Assembly: GCF_964355755.1 (NCBI RefSeq)
Contig: NC_092673.1
Location: forward strand, 14,046,948-14,110,947
Length of the DNA: 64,000 nt
Direction of reading: 5' to 3'
Source: Antedon mediterranea
Taxonomy: Eukaryota; Animalia; Echinodermata
The first letter of the stretch is position 1, and each line of letters opens with the position of its first letter. This document shows positions 47,350 through 62,169 of this stretch, piece after piece. A program made the position numbers and the translations under genes. Under the pieces are notes generated by a model. It made no database searches. It had not been told where the DNA came from and saw nothing but the letters and a program-made list of their open reading frames with translations.

Positions 47350-47540
47350 TTAATCAGTCTGCTGGCTGCAATCATCAAGGATTGAACACCTCGCTCACCG
47401 GCTCTATATTCATTCCACAATCGCACCAAACGATCATTGGCAGCGATGCTTCGTCATGTCAATCGCTGCAAATTCTGCCTAAAAACGAATTACGATACTG
47501 TGTTATGCATGCCCTCTTTCCTTCCATTTCGTAGGTGACC
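47350..47540 (-). mobile_element. MULE transposase C-terminal fragment
   Basis: NDRLVRLWNEYRAGERGVQSLMIAASRLI. Confidence 0.5.
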
Positions 47541-48079
47541 TAAAAACCATATGGAGAAACATATCAGGAACTAGTACTATAAGAAGAAACTTATTGATAA
47601 AAAAATGTAATTAAATAAAACGTTCTTCTGTGTAGTTGGCCTAAGAAACAAAGAAAAATTTGTCGAAGTAGTTAAGATTCAGTATTTAAATAGCACCTAC
47701 CACGTTTCGCACAGCAATTAATTAATTTGGTGACGCCAACCTTCAATGTCGTTGCTGGTACGGACAACTTGTCTGTAGAGTACTACCCAGTCACAAGGGG
47801 TGAACATATTCCTGTAGATCCATTGTTGTTTGTTAGTAGTCTATGAACTACAAGCACCACATCCTCAGCCAGTTGAATTTGAGTAATTTGCGGAGATAAT
47901 AAAATTGAAATGTGTATTAAATTAAAATAAATTTGTCACTAAAGAAAACTAAAATAATTCAAATGCAATTCAAAATAGAGATTCCTGGAAATTCGTGATT
48001 TAAACACTAATCCCATTCTACTATGAGTTCTTCTTCAGAAATGTTGGCTTGCAATAGTGTGTTTAGATTTCCTTTCAGT

Positions 48080-49200
48080 TTTTCCAGCGAATACAGCTTA
48101 CCTCTTGAAGAGAAACAAAAATGTGATGGATCTGCCTTCTGTTCAACAATTTTTTTTGGATGTTGAGTTGGTTCTTCAGAGAAAGTACTTGTTGTTTTTT
48201 TTTATGACACCTCACTCAGTTGATTGTCCATTTTGCTTGTATCTTGCCACAATCCTCCATACTTCATTAAATCGCAAAGTAGATTCTTCCTTAGCCTGTT
48301 CCAGTCGTTTTTCACAACAAGTTGTTCTTTCTTCTTCTGCAGGTGCAACTTCTTTTCATGAAGCAGTTGTTGTGTCGCATCAATTTTCCTTTTACGAATG
48401 CTAAGCATGCGAGCAGTAGAAAGAAGTCTTCTTCCCATACTCTGACTTAGTGGTCAACCATGCAGATGACCTGTTTGTCTTGTATGTGACCATCATCATT
48501 TGATTTTGATTCAGTGCCATTTACAAGAGATTTCAAAGACAATATCTTTGTTAGTTGAATATTCTAACTCCGCAGGAAAGTACACATCTCAGATGGTAGA
48601 CCAGAACTGTAAAACGTTGTGTATCGCTTAAGCTTCGTCTTCGGAACGCTATCTGATTTAATTCTGATTTTGCAAATGTGTCTAACGGATGCATTGCACA
48701 AAAGAATTCGTTCATATGTTGGTTGCCTTCCATCATGGCTATCTTCAACTTGGCATTGACCACTTTGTTAACGATGCAACGGTCAGTCATGGAGTTTGAA
48801 ACTGAATCCAGGATTGATTGCCATAAATTTAATCCATGAGTAGCTTGTCTTGCAGCTCCTATATCTTGCACGGTTTTCAAAATCTCTTCAACATTAGCAG
48901 TAGCAGTACCTGATGGTAAATAATGATGGTGTATGTTGTTGACTAATCACTAATTTGAACTTCCAGAAAATGGTTCCTCTTTTTCATGATGCCGTCATAC
49001 TTTATTGTGGTGTCTGTTGCCTATTCCAAAACCTCACTAACTGAAATTCTGGATAATTCAGCAATTCATGCAACATCCGCAAACAAGTAACAGAGTCTGA
49101 CAAAACTTCACTCTTAGCATTTGCTAGCTTCTCCCCTGCATACCGCAAAACAGCAGCAATATTGGTGGTTCATGCTCTAAGCAGCTGCTCGGACATTCCA
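48080..49200 (-). mobile_element. Decayed DDE transposase, family uncertain (hAT-related?)
   Basis: TIKYDG, SMTDRCIVN, FFCAMHPL (CxxH), KYGGLW. Confidence 0.5.
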
Positions 49201-50039
49201 ATTAAAGGTTTTCCCATATTTTTTTGGATTGGATTACATTTTTGCTATTTAATTTAAGCTCTGAAATTTCTTCGTTAACCAGACGGCTTTCTTCTTGCAG
49301 TTTGATTAATTTTGCATGTTGCTTTTACCCTTTTTTGATTTACTTCTAAAATAAAATAACGATGACGGTTATCGAGCCGGACCGCTAATATTTACAAACA
49401 TTGAAAAAGTTATGGGTTTTGATGCTTCAACCCAGCCTAGGACATGTTTTCGTTGATATCTTAGTCTAGGCTTACACTAAATACAAAAATTTAGTTTAAT
49501 TGGTTTAATATTATAAATTAATTTGAATCACACATGTTGTTTTGAAATATACAAAAAATGTGAAAAACATCGTCGCGTTGTACCTATTTTTTTTCAATGA
49601 CTTAAATTGACAATCGAGTTCAAATTTAACCAACTTTAATGATTGCAGATTTTTTGAACGATTTTCAACGTTAATTTTTACACCCTTTTCCTGTAAAATC
49701 GTTGAATCCGTCAACTCAATGCAACTTAACGATCGTCAGGAAAACAGGCCGCTTAAGGAATTGAAATTTCAACGTTTCTACGGGAAAAAAGGCTTTAAGC
49801 TATTGGTGCAACAACAAAAAAAGTTTTGTATATTAAATATGGTCTATAAAACCCACTATATTCAGATAATTATATGACAAAAATTGACTGGCCAAAATGT
49901 CTAGAAAAAAAATCTCAGAGGGAGCATTTTTCCATTTCGGCCCTTCTTTATCAAAATCCTAGATCCGCCCCTGAATAATGTTCTGTTACAGAGGATAGAG
50001 TTCCGTGGCTATCTGATTCGTTGGGTTGTGCATAGCCTT

Positions 50040-50250
50040 CATCTTACTCTTTGCTCTCTTCCACATAGATTCCACCCGATTGGTGGTAACTCCCGTTTTG
50101 GGCTCCACAAAGTTTCTACTATGGTTGACCGTCCTATGTACGTAACCATGATTGGCAAGTTGGCCATATGCAGCTCACATTTCGAAACCAAATTATTGAT
50201 CCCAGACAGATCCACTGGCTGATTATGGGAATCAAAGTGGCGGGCTCATG
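50040..50250 (-). mobile_element. Merlin (IS1595/ISXO2-like) transposase fragment
   Basis: ATLIPIISQWI..AYGQLANHGYVHRTVNHSRNFVEPKTGVTTNRVESMWKRAK. Confidence 0.85.
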
Positions 50251-50749
50251 TGTTTAAAAAATCCTCCCTGCATGGTTTTTCTTTTTTGAGAAAACAGATT
50301 CATCTATCTCTATCAATATTAATACCAATATAATATTATAATGATCACAGCTCGAAATTGCTGAAATCTTTTTTTTTTAAACAGAAAATAATACATCAAA
50401 AGAAAAAAAAAATTACTAAAAAGTTGTTTCACCACTAACAGGATCAAATAGAATCCAGTGAACACTAGCATATTCATAGAATATGGAACCACAAGAGAAT
50501 CCACAATCTCTAATTATTTATTAAAAGTTATGGTTAGGCCATAAGGCTTATTTTATTCAAGATACAGTGTAATAGGCACAAAATGTGAATTTCTTATTTG
50601 TCACTTAGAAACATTGAGGCATGCATGTATTTCAAGTTTTAAAACCAAAATAAACTTTTTACTTTTTGACAGGACCATATTAAAATTTTCAATTGCTGGA
50701 TAGTAACAACAGCTTTTCAAATAATATTGATCTAATTACATTTATTTTC

Positions 50750-53700
50750 AAGCTGTTCTTCCTTTATATTCTTTGAAATAGCTTGCCATATCTGCTTGAT
50801 CTCTCCAACAGATTTATCAACATTTTAGATAATGTAAATATTGCTAAATATTGCTTTCCTATCATTGCAAAAAAATTCACAGTTGTTTTTGTCTTGCTCT
50901 CATCATCTGACAGTTTCAAGAATGTAGTTAATTTGAATGTTTTCATACCATATACAAAAATGAAGTTTGGTTTGGTGCCGGATCTATAATAAATATTGAA
51001 GTATGAATGGAATCTTCTCAAACTTGATATCTTAAACTCTTTCATCTTTCTACAATGATACACAGACATTTGCCATATGAACATGTTTAGATCGCTATTT
51101 GGTTTGTGGGACATCTAATAGCAGAATATAGTACATATACCAGTGGCTAAACCTTTAATAAAGATGATGAAGTATGCATTAAAAGATAGAGAAGCAGGTT
51201 TTTCCGGCACAGAACTATTTCATGCAACAAGAAATTATATTTGCCAAGATGATCAAGCTTATGCATCATAATATCCATTTTGGTACAACAGAAATGGTAA
51301 AATTACACTGATATATTTTGCTCTCTACCTACTATCAAATTGTTCTTATGGCCTGTGACTTATTTAAAATGGGAAATAAATGGTCATGAGTTCCTATTTA
51401 TGTCGAACAGGTTGTCTAGAATTGTATATAGTGTTTTATGTTGAAAAACAAATGTGCAATCTACAACTGTAACTATATTCAAAGAGCATCATCATAGCAA
51501 TTTGAAGTCAACTGAAATTACCATCCAGCTGGAGAATGCAGAACACATAATATTAATGGTAACTTTGAAAAGGCTGAACTTTGTGAACAGCAAACTGTAC
51601 AATTGATCCTGCATGACCAACTACAATACTACCTACAGAAATTTCAGCACAACAAAGCGTACTCTTGTGTTCAACTCAAGTTTTGGTATGGAAACATCTA
51701 AATACATTGATTCTTGAAACTGTCTCTGATGAGGGTAGATAAAGTTACAGTTACATGGCCACAGGCATGGTATTTGGAGTCTACTGTTCAAACTGCTCCA
51801 ATGAATGATGAATAGAATTCTGATTAAAACACATTAGTGCCTATTTTACTGTATGTTGAATACATTGTTTATAAAAGCATAAATTCCTTTTTACCTCTTT
51901 TGGTATTCAAAATTCCTCTTTTCTAAAACAAACGATCTCCCTTCAAGTTCCAAAATGCACAACCTCTTTCACATCTTTTGTGTATTCAATATTTTCTTAA
52001 TGGGATAATTGTTTAATATTTGCATTACAAAAAATGATCACTTGTGAACTTGTATATATGCCCACCGATGGACTTTTCCAGATTCACCTGTTCACGCTTG
52101 TTTTGTTAACACTCTCAGATCTTGCACATGCATTTTCAAAGGAGGACAAGTGCATAAGTATGTCTAGCACTATAAAAGATTGATCAAACTCTTTGACATT
52201 GGCAAAACAAGTCAATGTTTTCAGTTAAATTTTATAGCTACTACAAGCTACTGTTTTTGGTATACTTCCACTGATTTTGCTAAACAGCAAGGTCAAGGTA
52301 ACATTTTGTTATGGGATATATCTAGTCTTTGATATCATACAAATGCATGATGTTGCCCTGTATACATTTGTAATAATTTTTTTTAAATGATCCAGAGTGC
52401 ATAGTAGTGGACATTCAAATGTAAAAAAAGTTAGTCGATGCATGTCGCTAATTCCGTCTTTTACACTGTTGGCTAACTGTAAGTAATACTTACTTTTGTC
52501 CATACCATCAATTATAACCAAAAGATATGTTCATGGGACGGTTTACTGTACATCCCACAATCTTTACTGAGTTAGGATGCGATTGTATGGAAAGCATCAT
52601 AAAAATGTAGCTTCTTTGGAAGTTCTTAATTACTTAAATGTTCAGTATTCTTTGCTTTGTTGATTTCTGTAGCTATACAACTGCTCCATTCTTTTCTTTT
52701 TTAATTATCAAAATCAGTCAAATTGATTATTGGAAAATGGTCTAAATAAGTCGTTTCCTTAGCCAGGCACTGTACTTATTTGTACCTTGCATCTTGTTCC
52801 TTCTCTACCATAGCCTTTTTAAAAGAAAAAGAAAGCAATTTAAAATTGCTTTCCTTATTCTCCAAATTTCTTCTCGGATGCTGTTTGCTGATGGATATGG
52901 TTCACTTATGATCGTTACTCCCCAGCGTACAGTTTCGGCAAGTATGGAAGGTATTTTGTTTTGGTCTCTGTCAAACTTTTTCTGGTTTGTTGCGATAAGA
53001 AGATTATGTAGAGCTGAATATATATTCTTGTGGTAATATAAACTTTGTGATTGATCAAAGGGTCCCACCAATTCTTGAAATAATTCTCAAAGTTGATATT
53101 TCTTTTTGAGACTTATACAATGTTCCCATGAGAACTAATGTCTTCCAACTAAGATTTAAGAGGTGTAAATTTATTTGGTGCGAGTAAATGTCAAATCACT
53201 CACTGTAAAATTAAAGAACATTTAGACATTTTATGCACACATTTCCTCCACTGTAAAACTTCCGTACATTTACATCCTTGGGTCATGTCAAGTAGCACAT
53301 GACAAGGTAGTGTGATCGAAGTCATGTAGACAAAGGCAACAACATTGGTGCAACATCGATGAACTTAATTTTATACAGCGATAGCTTATATTCCAAACCC
53401 GAAAACCCTGAAAACTGTTGGCATAATGTGTATATTTAGCTATAGATTCATTTGAAAGGTACCACTCATTGGTTTTCCCAATAATCATTGCAAGATTGTA
53501 AAAAATCAGTTGATGAAGCTTTTTATAGGTAATATTTTGGTGCTTGAAAACTGTACAGGGTTATGCCATGAGACCTTGCGTGCATAGCATTTATTACATA
53601 ATATCTAATTGTAGATTTAGGGATGTTCATTGGATATTCATGAATTAGTAATTCTTTATGAAAAAAAAAACCCCAAATACCCTGCCAGACCATACAATAT

Positions 53701-56700
53701 TTTAGGCTTATCATCGACAGTAGCCATCATGATGGAAGAAAAGGATTTCCCCTTTTCTTCTGAATTCTAAAAGTATTATTCATGATATCATATACTAAAA
53801 TTGTACAGCATTTTTTTTTTTTTTTATATTTATAAAGCATACAAATACATTAGTCATTCGGAAATTTTTCTTCCACATTCCATAAGTTGAAGGCAGGTGG
53901 GTATTGCCTAGGTCTACTTCTAAAATCATTATCCCAGAAATCGCACTCATTGCTGATTAAATAAACTTTCAAAGGCCTCAGTATAAAAAAAAATTATCGA
54001 GTGAAATGCGTGATCTGTTGTTAAGCTTTTGGCAATGCACATTCTTTCTTTCCATCATGGTTGCAAATCATCCTCCACATCCACATTATCTCTCATCTGT
54101 ATTCACTTAGGCATGTAGCTGTTTGATCCTGTTATCTGACAATAATCCCAAATGTTTCAATACCTCTTTCTAGTTTCTGAAACCATACACATTTCAATTT
54201 TTTACAATTTCAATTTATTTTGTCCACAATCATTGTCATTGTTTCTGCATTTCTTCACAATTTAATCTTTTCTCCATCATTTGGTTTGAATTATTGGCCT
54301 TGAGGCATCCATACTAGTCTCAATCTACCTACTTTCTCTATTAAAAATGTCTGCTATTTGTTACCAAGCGTTTAATTTCATGATGCAGTGCTTGTAGCTT
54401 TTCGGATTAATGTCCCAAAGATGTTTGTGCTTCTGTACTTCTTCTAAATAGTTCTAGCTTATAGTTTTCTTTTTGTATTCTGAACTGCTGGGATGCATTG
54501 AATTCAGCTTTGTCAACATTTAAAGATGTAATGCGTTACAGTTAGTTATAGTACTGGCCTTCTGTAAAAAGTCTCCACCAGATGGTTGTTGCTCCTACTC
54601 TTTTCTTGTATGGAATAGATCGGCAGTCGTGTTCTTGTCATCCAATATTGAAATCTAGAATGTTGTTTCCAAACATTCTAATATGCACGCAGAAACGTAA
54701 TTATATGCTAGAACTTTTTCTTTGCAGTGCATGAAGTTATTAGTAGATTTAATAATCCACAGTGTCTACTGTATGACTTTGTAGCCGTGAAAATAAACAT
54801 TTATATAACAGAAATGACAATGGTGGTGGTTTTTATCAATACGGTTGATTTATCAACTTTTGCCTGACTATGGACAAATTGATTGAAACAAATAAATTGA
54901 TTCAAAGTCTTGATTGAAATATTTCATGCTAAGAACATTGAATGAAAACTTTAATTTTTCAACCAAAAAAAATTGTATAGTACATTTGAATACGAAATAA
55001 AGAATAAATTAAATGAATGAATAACCAATTGCGAGCAGTTAGTCACTCTTTAGCCAATCGGGTCGCGAGCAAGATTAATTTTGTCAGATACTGAAGACAT
55101 GAAAACATTTTAAAAATTAGACTTATGTCTCTATCTGTTTTCACTAATTAATTATGGTCTTTTTTTAGACTCACTGAACATTCAATCTATAGGTGAAATG
55201 TAGTAGAGGTTTTACTTCATTTTCTTTACCACTGCTCACAATGCCATGCTTTTACTACCGAATTCAGGATTTTTCTTAGTTGCACCTAAGCTTTTTTTTC
55301 CCACCTGAGGTTGTTCTAAAATGTATTGGTTAACATTAGTTGCATTAATAAAACTGGCTTTATCGATGAAACATCATTTCTGTATCCTTAACAATGTTGA
55401 ACACCGATTCGGATGCATATACTAAACTTATGTGATTTTTTAGTTTAGTTTTCTTCTGACATGTCCGGTAAGAGATCGGCTAAAAACTCATCTTCATCCA
55501 TTGGATTACAAAAGCCTACCGGTAACTGAAAAGTTGGGCCTCTTGGAAGTTGCATATTTCATTAATGCAGTTTTAGTGCAGGTTTAAAAATGCCAGTACT
55601 GTTATAATCCAAACTTGGTACGAATATTTCAAATTGCAATAAATGCTCTTACAATTTGATTTTACAATGTTTTTTTATATTTTTTAGTTTTTAAACTGTC
55701 TAATAAGTTGGTCTGATATTCATAAAAACATAAGAAGCAGGTCCTGGATAAACATCTTCTTCAATAAATTGGTTTATGAAGGCAATTAAAATGTTAATTA
55801 ATCTTATTACTTATCAAAGAGTCTAAATTCTTTTATTAGTGCAAAGCAACACAGATAACAATAATCCAACCCCAAGTCCAATAATTAAATTTAAAAACTT
55901 TAAATCAGCGCAAAGGACATATTTTACAGTAGTGAATAATCTTTAATACTAACTGTTAATTTGTTCAAACTGTGGGTACTGTTGTTTATCATGTCGAATG
56001 CAATATCAGGGATAGTTGTATAACTTTCCTGACCCTTTGCCATGGCAAGAACTTAATCAGGAGACTTAAAATGACTATTAAGTACAAACCCAGCAGTAAA
56101 TATGTGCAGTCTGATATACCGATTCTTGTTCCATCCCCAGTTTATAGCTTAATTGTAAAGATCACAATTGTTTAAAATTACAAAATGTGACAATATATGC
56201 ACTAACTTATGCTGTAATTGTTCATAGTTCCTTTATTTGCCAATGGTTTAATGGTAAATATATTATTTTTAAATAAAATTTTTAAAAATCTTGCATCAGT
56301 CCTGTAGCTGTTCTAATGACAGACGTTTGGCTGCTATAGATACAGTAGCTCTCAGTATGTCTCAGATACTTAGTTTTTGTCTTTCCGAAATAAAAATTTA
56401 TTTATGGCTATTTGATTGTTTTTTCTTCTGTGCCATTCCTTCTAACTATACTTCCCGAAGCATCTATATTCCTGTAATGCTATCCATCACCTTGTAAAAC
56501 AGCTTTCACTAAGTTAATTGATTCATAACACATTGTTTTCTTTTTTTGCCCTGTCGACAATGTTACCTCTGTTTGAATTCTGGCCATTTTTCCGCCAAGG
56601 AATTTTCTCTCAATAATCGTTGGCTTTTTTGAGTTCAACTTGGTTTTCAGTTAACTTATTCAGATTCATGGGTAGTATTCATGATATTTAATAATTTGTA

Positions 56701-57720
56701 ATACAAGTCTTTTATTCCAAATATTTTAAAAATCTGTACATTTCCTGCTCTTAACAGTGCTTTTACCTCATTGTAAATTACTATTTCGTTGATTTCTGCG
56801 TATGGTTTAACCTTCCTTACGCAGTTCATGTTTAGATAGAAGTAGGCTGCAGATACCTTTGATGCTACATTTTCTTTGCCATCTTTTGTGTATTTCCTAT
56901 TTAGGTTGATTATTTTGGATGACATCATTTGGCTCCTTTCTGTAGCGATTGGAAAATCTTTCTTTGCAACCATAGCATGTTCTAAGGTTATTACAATAGC
57001 TGAAAAACAAGAGGCTCATCATTGGTCCTTGGTGGCCTTTTACAAAAAAATGTCTTTATTTGGTTCTGGCAGCGATGATTCCCTTGATCTGGAATGAAGA
57101 GACGCTCCACCTCTTTGGCATATTGAGCAGCTTTCTTCTTTGCATTGCGATATTTCAATGCATTTTTCTCTTTCTACTTTTCCTCCCCTTATGCTGACCT
57201 TTGAAACTGTTAAGCTCGGCTAATGGCATCGATTACGTCTTGCCTAGCTGCTTCTAAAAGGGACATTTTTTGCTTCTACACACTTTCAGCATGCCCTACC
57301 TCAGCCAATTTTGAAATTGGTGCATCACTTGGTTTGTAGGCCAGAAAATATGACTTCTTCTAGCATTCCACCAGGAATACCAGTTCTGGAAAGATGCCTC
57401 TCAGTCATTTCTTTGCATGCTTCATTCAGTTCAATAATGGCATTTGCAGTGAGTATAGAATTTGTGACCTCAATGAATTGTGCAGCATCATCTAGCAGTA
57501 TTTTTCTTTGCATGGTGTTGTATGATTTGCTTGTAATGAAATTGGCATGATACAGTTCTACGAAATCCATCATTGCCGAAAACATTCTTTATACTTTTCC
57601 AGTTGGCATGATTTTCATCCACAACAAAACCATGAAAATTACTGTTTGTCCAACAGGATCAAAGCGCATCTCATTGAAATCATTCCAAAATGTTCAAAGG
57701 TTAGTGGTGTCCTCTTTCTC
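50750..57720. other. Unassigned decayed coding-like region, mostly minus strand
   Basis: Protein-like frames broken by stops (50764-51114, 52309-53071, 56656-57585), no obvious introns or TIRs. Confidence 0.3.
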
Positions 57721-57959
57721 AGTGTCACACACTGCAAAGCGTGAAAAAAAAATACAATTTTTAGAATAAAGTAAGTTTATTTTATTTTCAAAAGTTCATC
57801 ATATTTAAACTATAAATAACAGTATAAAGTAAAAGTATTATTATATTTAAAGCTTTGTTGAATTTCCTTTTTGTTTCTTCCGTCTTCTGCTCCAGTTTAT
57901 AATATTCTTGTTTAATAATGTTGTCAATAACTTCCAGTCCGTTGTTATGATCGTTGTTA

Positions 57960-58590
57960 TTTTCTTCGGTTATTTCTCCCCAAAATGCTCTCTTCCGCCT
58001 ATTTATAGCAGCATGGATTGACTCGCCACCTTGCTCACCCAGAGGTCCTAAACATACATGCAATTTGTTTAGTGACTCCAAGACATGGTCTTCTAGCATG
58101 TGTAGTTTTGCACTAACACTTCGGTTACTTCGGCGGTATTCATATTTGTGTAAATTTTCTGTAAATAATAGAAATGAAAGTCACACCATTCTATTTAGTG
58201 ATAATGAATGACAATGCATTATTACCAACTAGTTCAATGTCATCTTGAGTCATGATTCTACAATGGTGATGGAGTTGTGAATATTTAGTTTTTACCTCTT
58301 TGGCTTTCTCAGAAAGTGCTTTTCCTTTTGAAATTGAGAGCCACTCTACTTCAGCCTCTACTATGTTGGGGATTGTCTGGCAGAGATCTTTAATAGCATA
58401 GTCCTTAAAATTATTTGTATTTTACTTACCAATGTTTACCTATAATGCAATAAATGTAAAAATATTGTACATACCTTTAGGTCCTTATGAACATGGTTGC
58501 CATTAAATGACTTTCCATGAAACGGCTGGCGCTTTATGTTATGCTTTTGAAGAACTATGTCCAGGGGAGCTGTTCCAAACTCATGACGAG
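57960..58590 (-). mobile_element. Chapaev (RAG1/Transib-related) transposase, spliced C-terminal part
   Basis: LQKHNIKRQPFHGKSFNGNHVHK; AKLHMLEDH..LGPLGEQGGESIH. Confidence 0.75.
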
Positions 58591-58805
58591 ACTGAGGTGG
58601 TGCAGAAGACCTCTCACTTAACCGCCGCTACCATTGAAATCGGCTCAACCTATGTGTGTATTTCAGATTAAAAAGTATCTGTTTAGGGTTTATACAACTG
58701 ACTCTAAGGTGGAAATTTAGGTAAAGGTTTATTTATTATTCAATGAAAAAAGCAGGATAGTCTCAAATTACCAAAAGTATAGCTTTATTCACAAATTATC
58801 CAACA

Positions 58806-59730
58806 TTACAATATTTTCTTACCAGTTGCAATCTTATGTAACTGTAATCTCATTTCTGGATTGCTAACAAGAATAAAGTTCCATGACGGGAAATTATGAA
58901 ACTTTACAACTGCCCCCTGGTGCTTACACGGCCCTACTGGGCAAGTGCAATGTCCAACATCCATGTTAATGTAGTAAATATTTGATCCACTTCTGACTTC
59001 AAAATCAGATGCTGTAACAAATTGATAGTCAAATTGGGCTTTAGTCTCCTCCTTCAAGGTACTGTATTAAAAATACTACACTAAAGATCTAAATATTTAT
59101 GTAACAAAAATTATATTATCTATGTTAAGCTTAATTTTTGTTTAGTTGCTGTTGTGTTCTGAATGAATCTAAAACATGGTGATATTTTCTTTTGTTATGT
59201 TCTTTTTCCTTGGTATGAATCGCTACGTCAATTCACCCATTGGCAATGTCGATTAGGTGCTGTTTGTACGTTGGAGGATCTACAGGACCCTTATTGTTGC
59301 CTCCACAAAGTTATTGGTATTGTTGCCACACGTAATTAGATCTTTACGCATACACAATTCCCAGGCTTCAATTCGTTCCATGTATGCCTTCAAGTGCTTC
59401 TTAAATTTCCTGAATGGAAAAGTTAATGTAAAATTGTAAGCTATGTAAATTCCACAATATTACTTTAATAATGCTACCAATAACTTACTCTGATATCGAC
59501 ATATCCGCAGTTGCACATTCATATATTTTCATAATTTCTGTTTCATCTTCAGCATGCATGACGTTTTTCAGTCTCTTGTCTTGAACTATGTTGTTCTTCC
59601 CATTCCATAGCCATTTCCGTGTCGCCTGCAATATGTGAAAGATGCATAGCATAGTCGTTGCTTCTGGAAATTCTTTTCTTAAGGCGTTTTGCTCTGCGGC
59701 ACAATCATTTGTCATGGATATCTGTGGTCT
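58806..59730 (-). mobile_element. MULE transposase with SWIM finger, spliced and decayed
   Basis: MTNDCAAEQNAL..LCIFHILQA.RKWLW; TNNFVEA; CTCPVGPCKHQ. Confidence 0.82.
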
Positions 59731-59879
59731 TCTAATTTCTTGTCCACCAAAAGACCACCACCACCACACATATTAAATGCATTATTTATATATTCTGACG
59801 GAGCTAGTTGTTGTTTTGCTGGTTTTGAGTTGAAATACAAGATGATGCGAAAGGGAACTAGCACCGATACTTTTGAGGT

Positions 59880-61680
59880 ATTTAAAGGTATATACTAATA
59901 CTATTGTCCAATTGTATCTGTTGAGAGTGTTAAGCTGGACGTGCATGCTATCCCCTCCCTGCTCTCCATGGAACCCCAATCCAAACTTCCACCTCCTGAT
60001 CCATTCACACACATGCTCTTCAAGAATGCGCATCTTGGGTGGCTCCGTGTCTTGTCAGATTCTTCAGAGTCAAAACAATTTATGATTCTCTCAGTTCCAC
60101 TGTTATCATCTAATAACATGAAGACACTAAAAGTAGTCTTGCAGTTGGTCAATTGAATTGTGAATGTCGTCTGCCTTGTATTCCCGGTCTTTGATCTTGT
60201 TTGTCATTTCAACATGCTTTAAGAATGTCCTTAAAATGATGTTATCCAGTCGCTGACAAGCTGCCTCAAGACTGTTGAAATGCTTTAAATATAAGCCTAG
60301 GCTTGTATGTAAGCCAGGAGGACATGTAAGCTTTTAGAAAATTATGTTTTAATACCTTACAGTATATTAAAGGGCTTGATATTACATTGTTGTAATTCTT
60401 GGCTTTTGTTTGTTTACCGTTTGCACCTGTTAAGCCATAAATACGAGCCAGATACTCGTAGTCTCCAAATACAAATACTTTGACTTGTTTCGCCTTATTA
60501 AAAAATGAAGCCAGTTAATAATTTGTCCAATTTACACAAATATATATTTATATTTTGAAAATTGTATTTGCAATATTTTGATATTTATTTGATTCGCTGT
60601 TAAGTTCAGTAATTCATTTAACGCCCGTATTCTTAAACCGGACTTTAGTCGTAGTTCGAAGTTCGACTTAAAAAAGTCGTAGTTCGAGCTATTACTTCAA
60701 ATTCGATTAAAAAACGAAGTAGTTGAAGTTTGCAGTTTGACTTAATGAAGTTGAGCTTTTAGTCGAGTTGCACACGTCTGGGTAACAAAGGCTATACATT
60801 GGCCAATGACAAGAGAGTATTTGAGGAGCAGACGAAATTTTTTACGCATCAGGACTATATACATGAAAAATAATTTTAATCGTTAATTATTAGAACAAGA
60901 TCAGTATTAATTTAACAGTGAAGTATATTTGATTAACAACAAACAAAATCTTCAAACTATATTTAGGAACCATGGCGGTACGGTAACTTTTATATTTTCT
61001 AGGCCCCCAACAAAATATGATCGCGACGAACCACGCACTTTATAGCGTGACAAGAAAGCGCTGGCCCCCTAAACATTCCATCGCGTGGTGAATTTCCGCA
61101 TCTGCCATTGTCGCTATGACGTGACGTAGTTCAAGTCGGACTTGCCCGAAGAAAATAATGTAATTTGTATACAGTTGTAAATAAAGATGATTTTCATTAT
61201 TATAACATATACCAATGTATATTTAATTAAGCAAATATAAAAATAGATATTTCATTCTTCAATATCAGGCCAATATAACAACTCAATGACTGTTACGTTT
61301 TTCATAAACATCGTTTAAAAACCATTTAGTCGACCATTTAGCCTGCCCCCTCCAGGACTAAAAAAATCGATCAAAATCCGTCTCAATTTAGTCGAGGTTG
61401 GCCTGAATTAGTCGGCGATTTTTTTAGTTTTAGCTCGAACTACGACTAAATTCCGGTTTAAGAATACGGGCGTAAGTCTACTTTTCTAGTTTATTATATT
61501 GCTGGCAGATTTTGTGGTTTATACTAGCAACATAAACCCAAGCTATTTTTGTTTAATTATAGTATCCCCTGTGTCATTGCATGAATGTGCCATAGGGACG
61601 TATTCAAAAATTAGGTTGTTGTCAATAATGGTGTTTTTTTGTTGCCTCATCTTCGCCTCGCACTCACACACACAAATTTT
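59880..61680 (-). mobile_element. Second Chapaev transposase, internally deleted
   Basis: VFVFGDYEYLARIYGLTGANG, CPPGLHTSLG, PKMRILEEH..GLGFHGEQGGDSMH. Confidence 0.75.
60622..61472. mobile_element. PIF/Harbinger MITE
   Basis: TIR CGCCCGTATTCTTAAACCGGA.TTTAGTCGTAGTTCGA, TAA TSD. Confidence 0.85.
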
Positions 61681-62169
61681 TTAGTCGGCTTAAAATAAAA
61701 AAATAATAAAACATTAAAAACTATAAAGTTGAGGGTATATTAATATGATATTTTTAGTGTAAACCAGTATAACTTTTTTACATTAGGTTTCAAGACTTTC
61801 GTCTAGCCTAGGGGACCAGTCATCAGGAGTTGATCGTAAATATGTGAAAGTTGGTGCACGCCTTTGTCGCTATTCATCATTTTATCTTGTTTCCATATGC
61901 TAATAGATTCTTTAATTTATGTTTGAGCCAAACTTGTTGTTTGTGTGATACGTCTATATTATTCGAGTTAGGTATATGATTATGCATGGTCATATGGTCT
62001 GTGATCGCTGATTTATTTAACGTCGAGGAAGAAACTTTCCACGATGCGTGTGTCTGTATGCTGTGTGTGTTGTCATCAACATCTATCTTTCTTATGTTCT
62101 TTTAATTGATATTAATAAGTGCCCTAGGGCACTCGTTTCTCCAACATATACCATTTCACAATTGGTACA

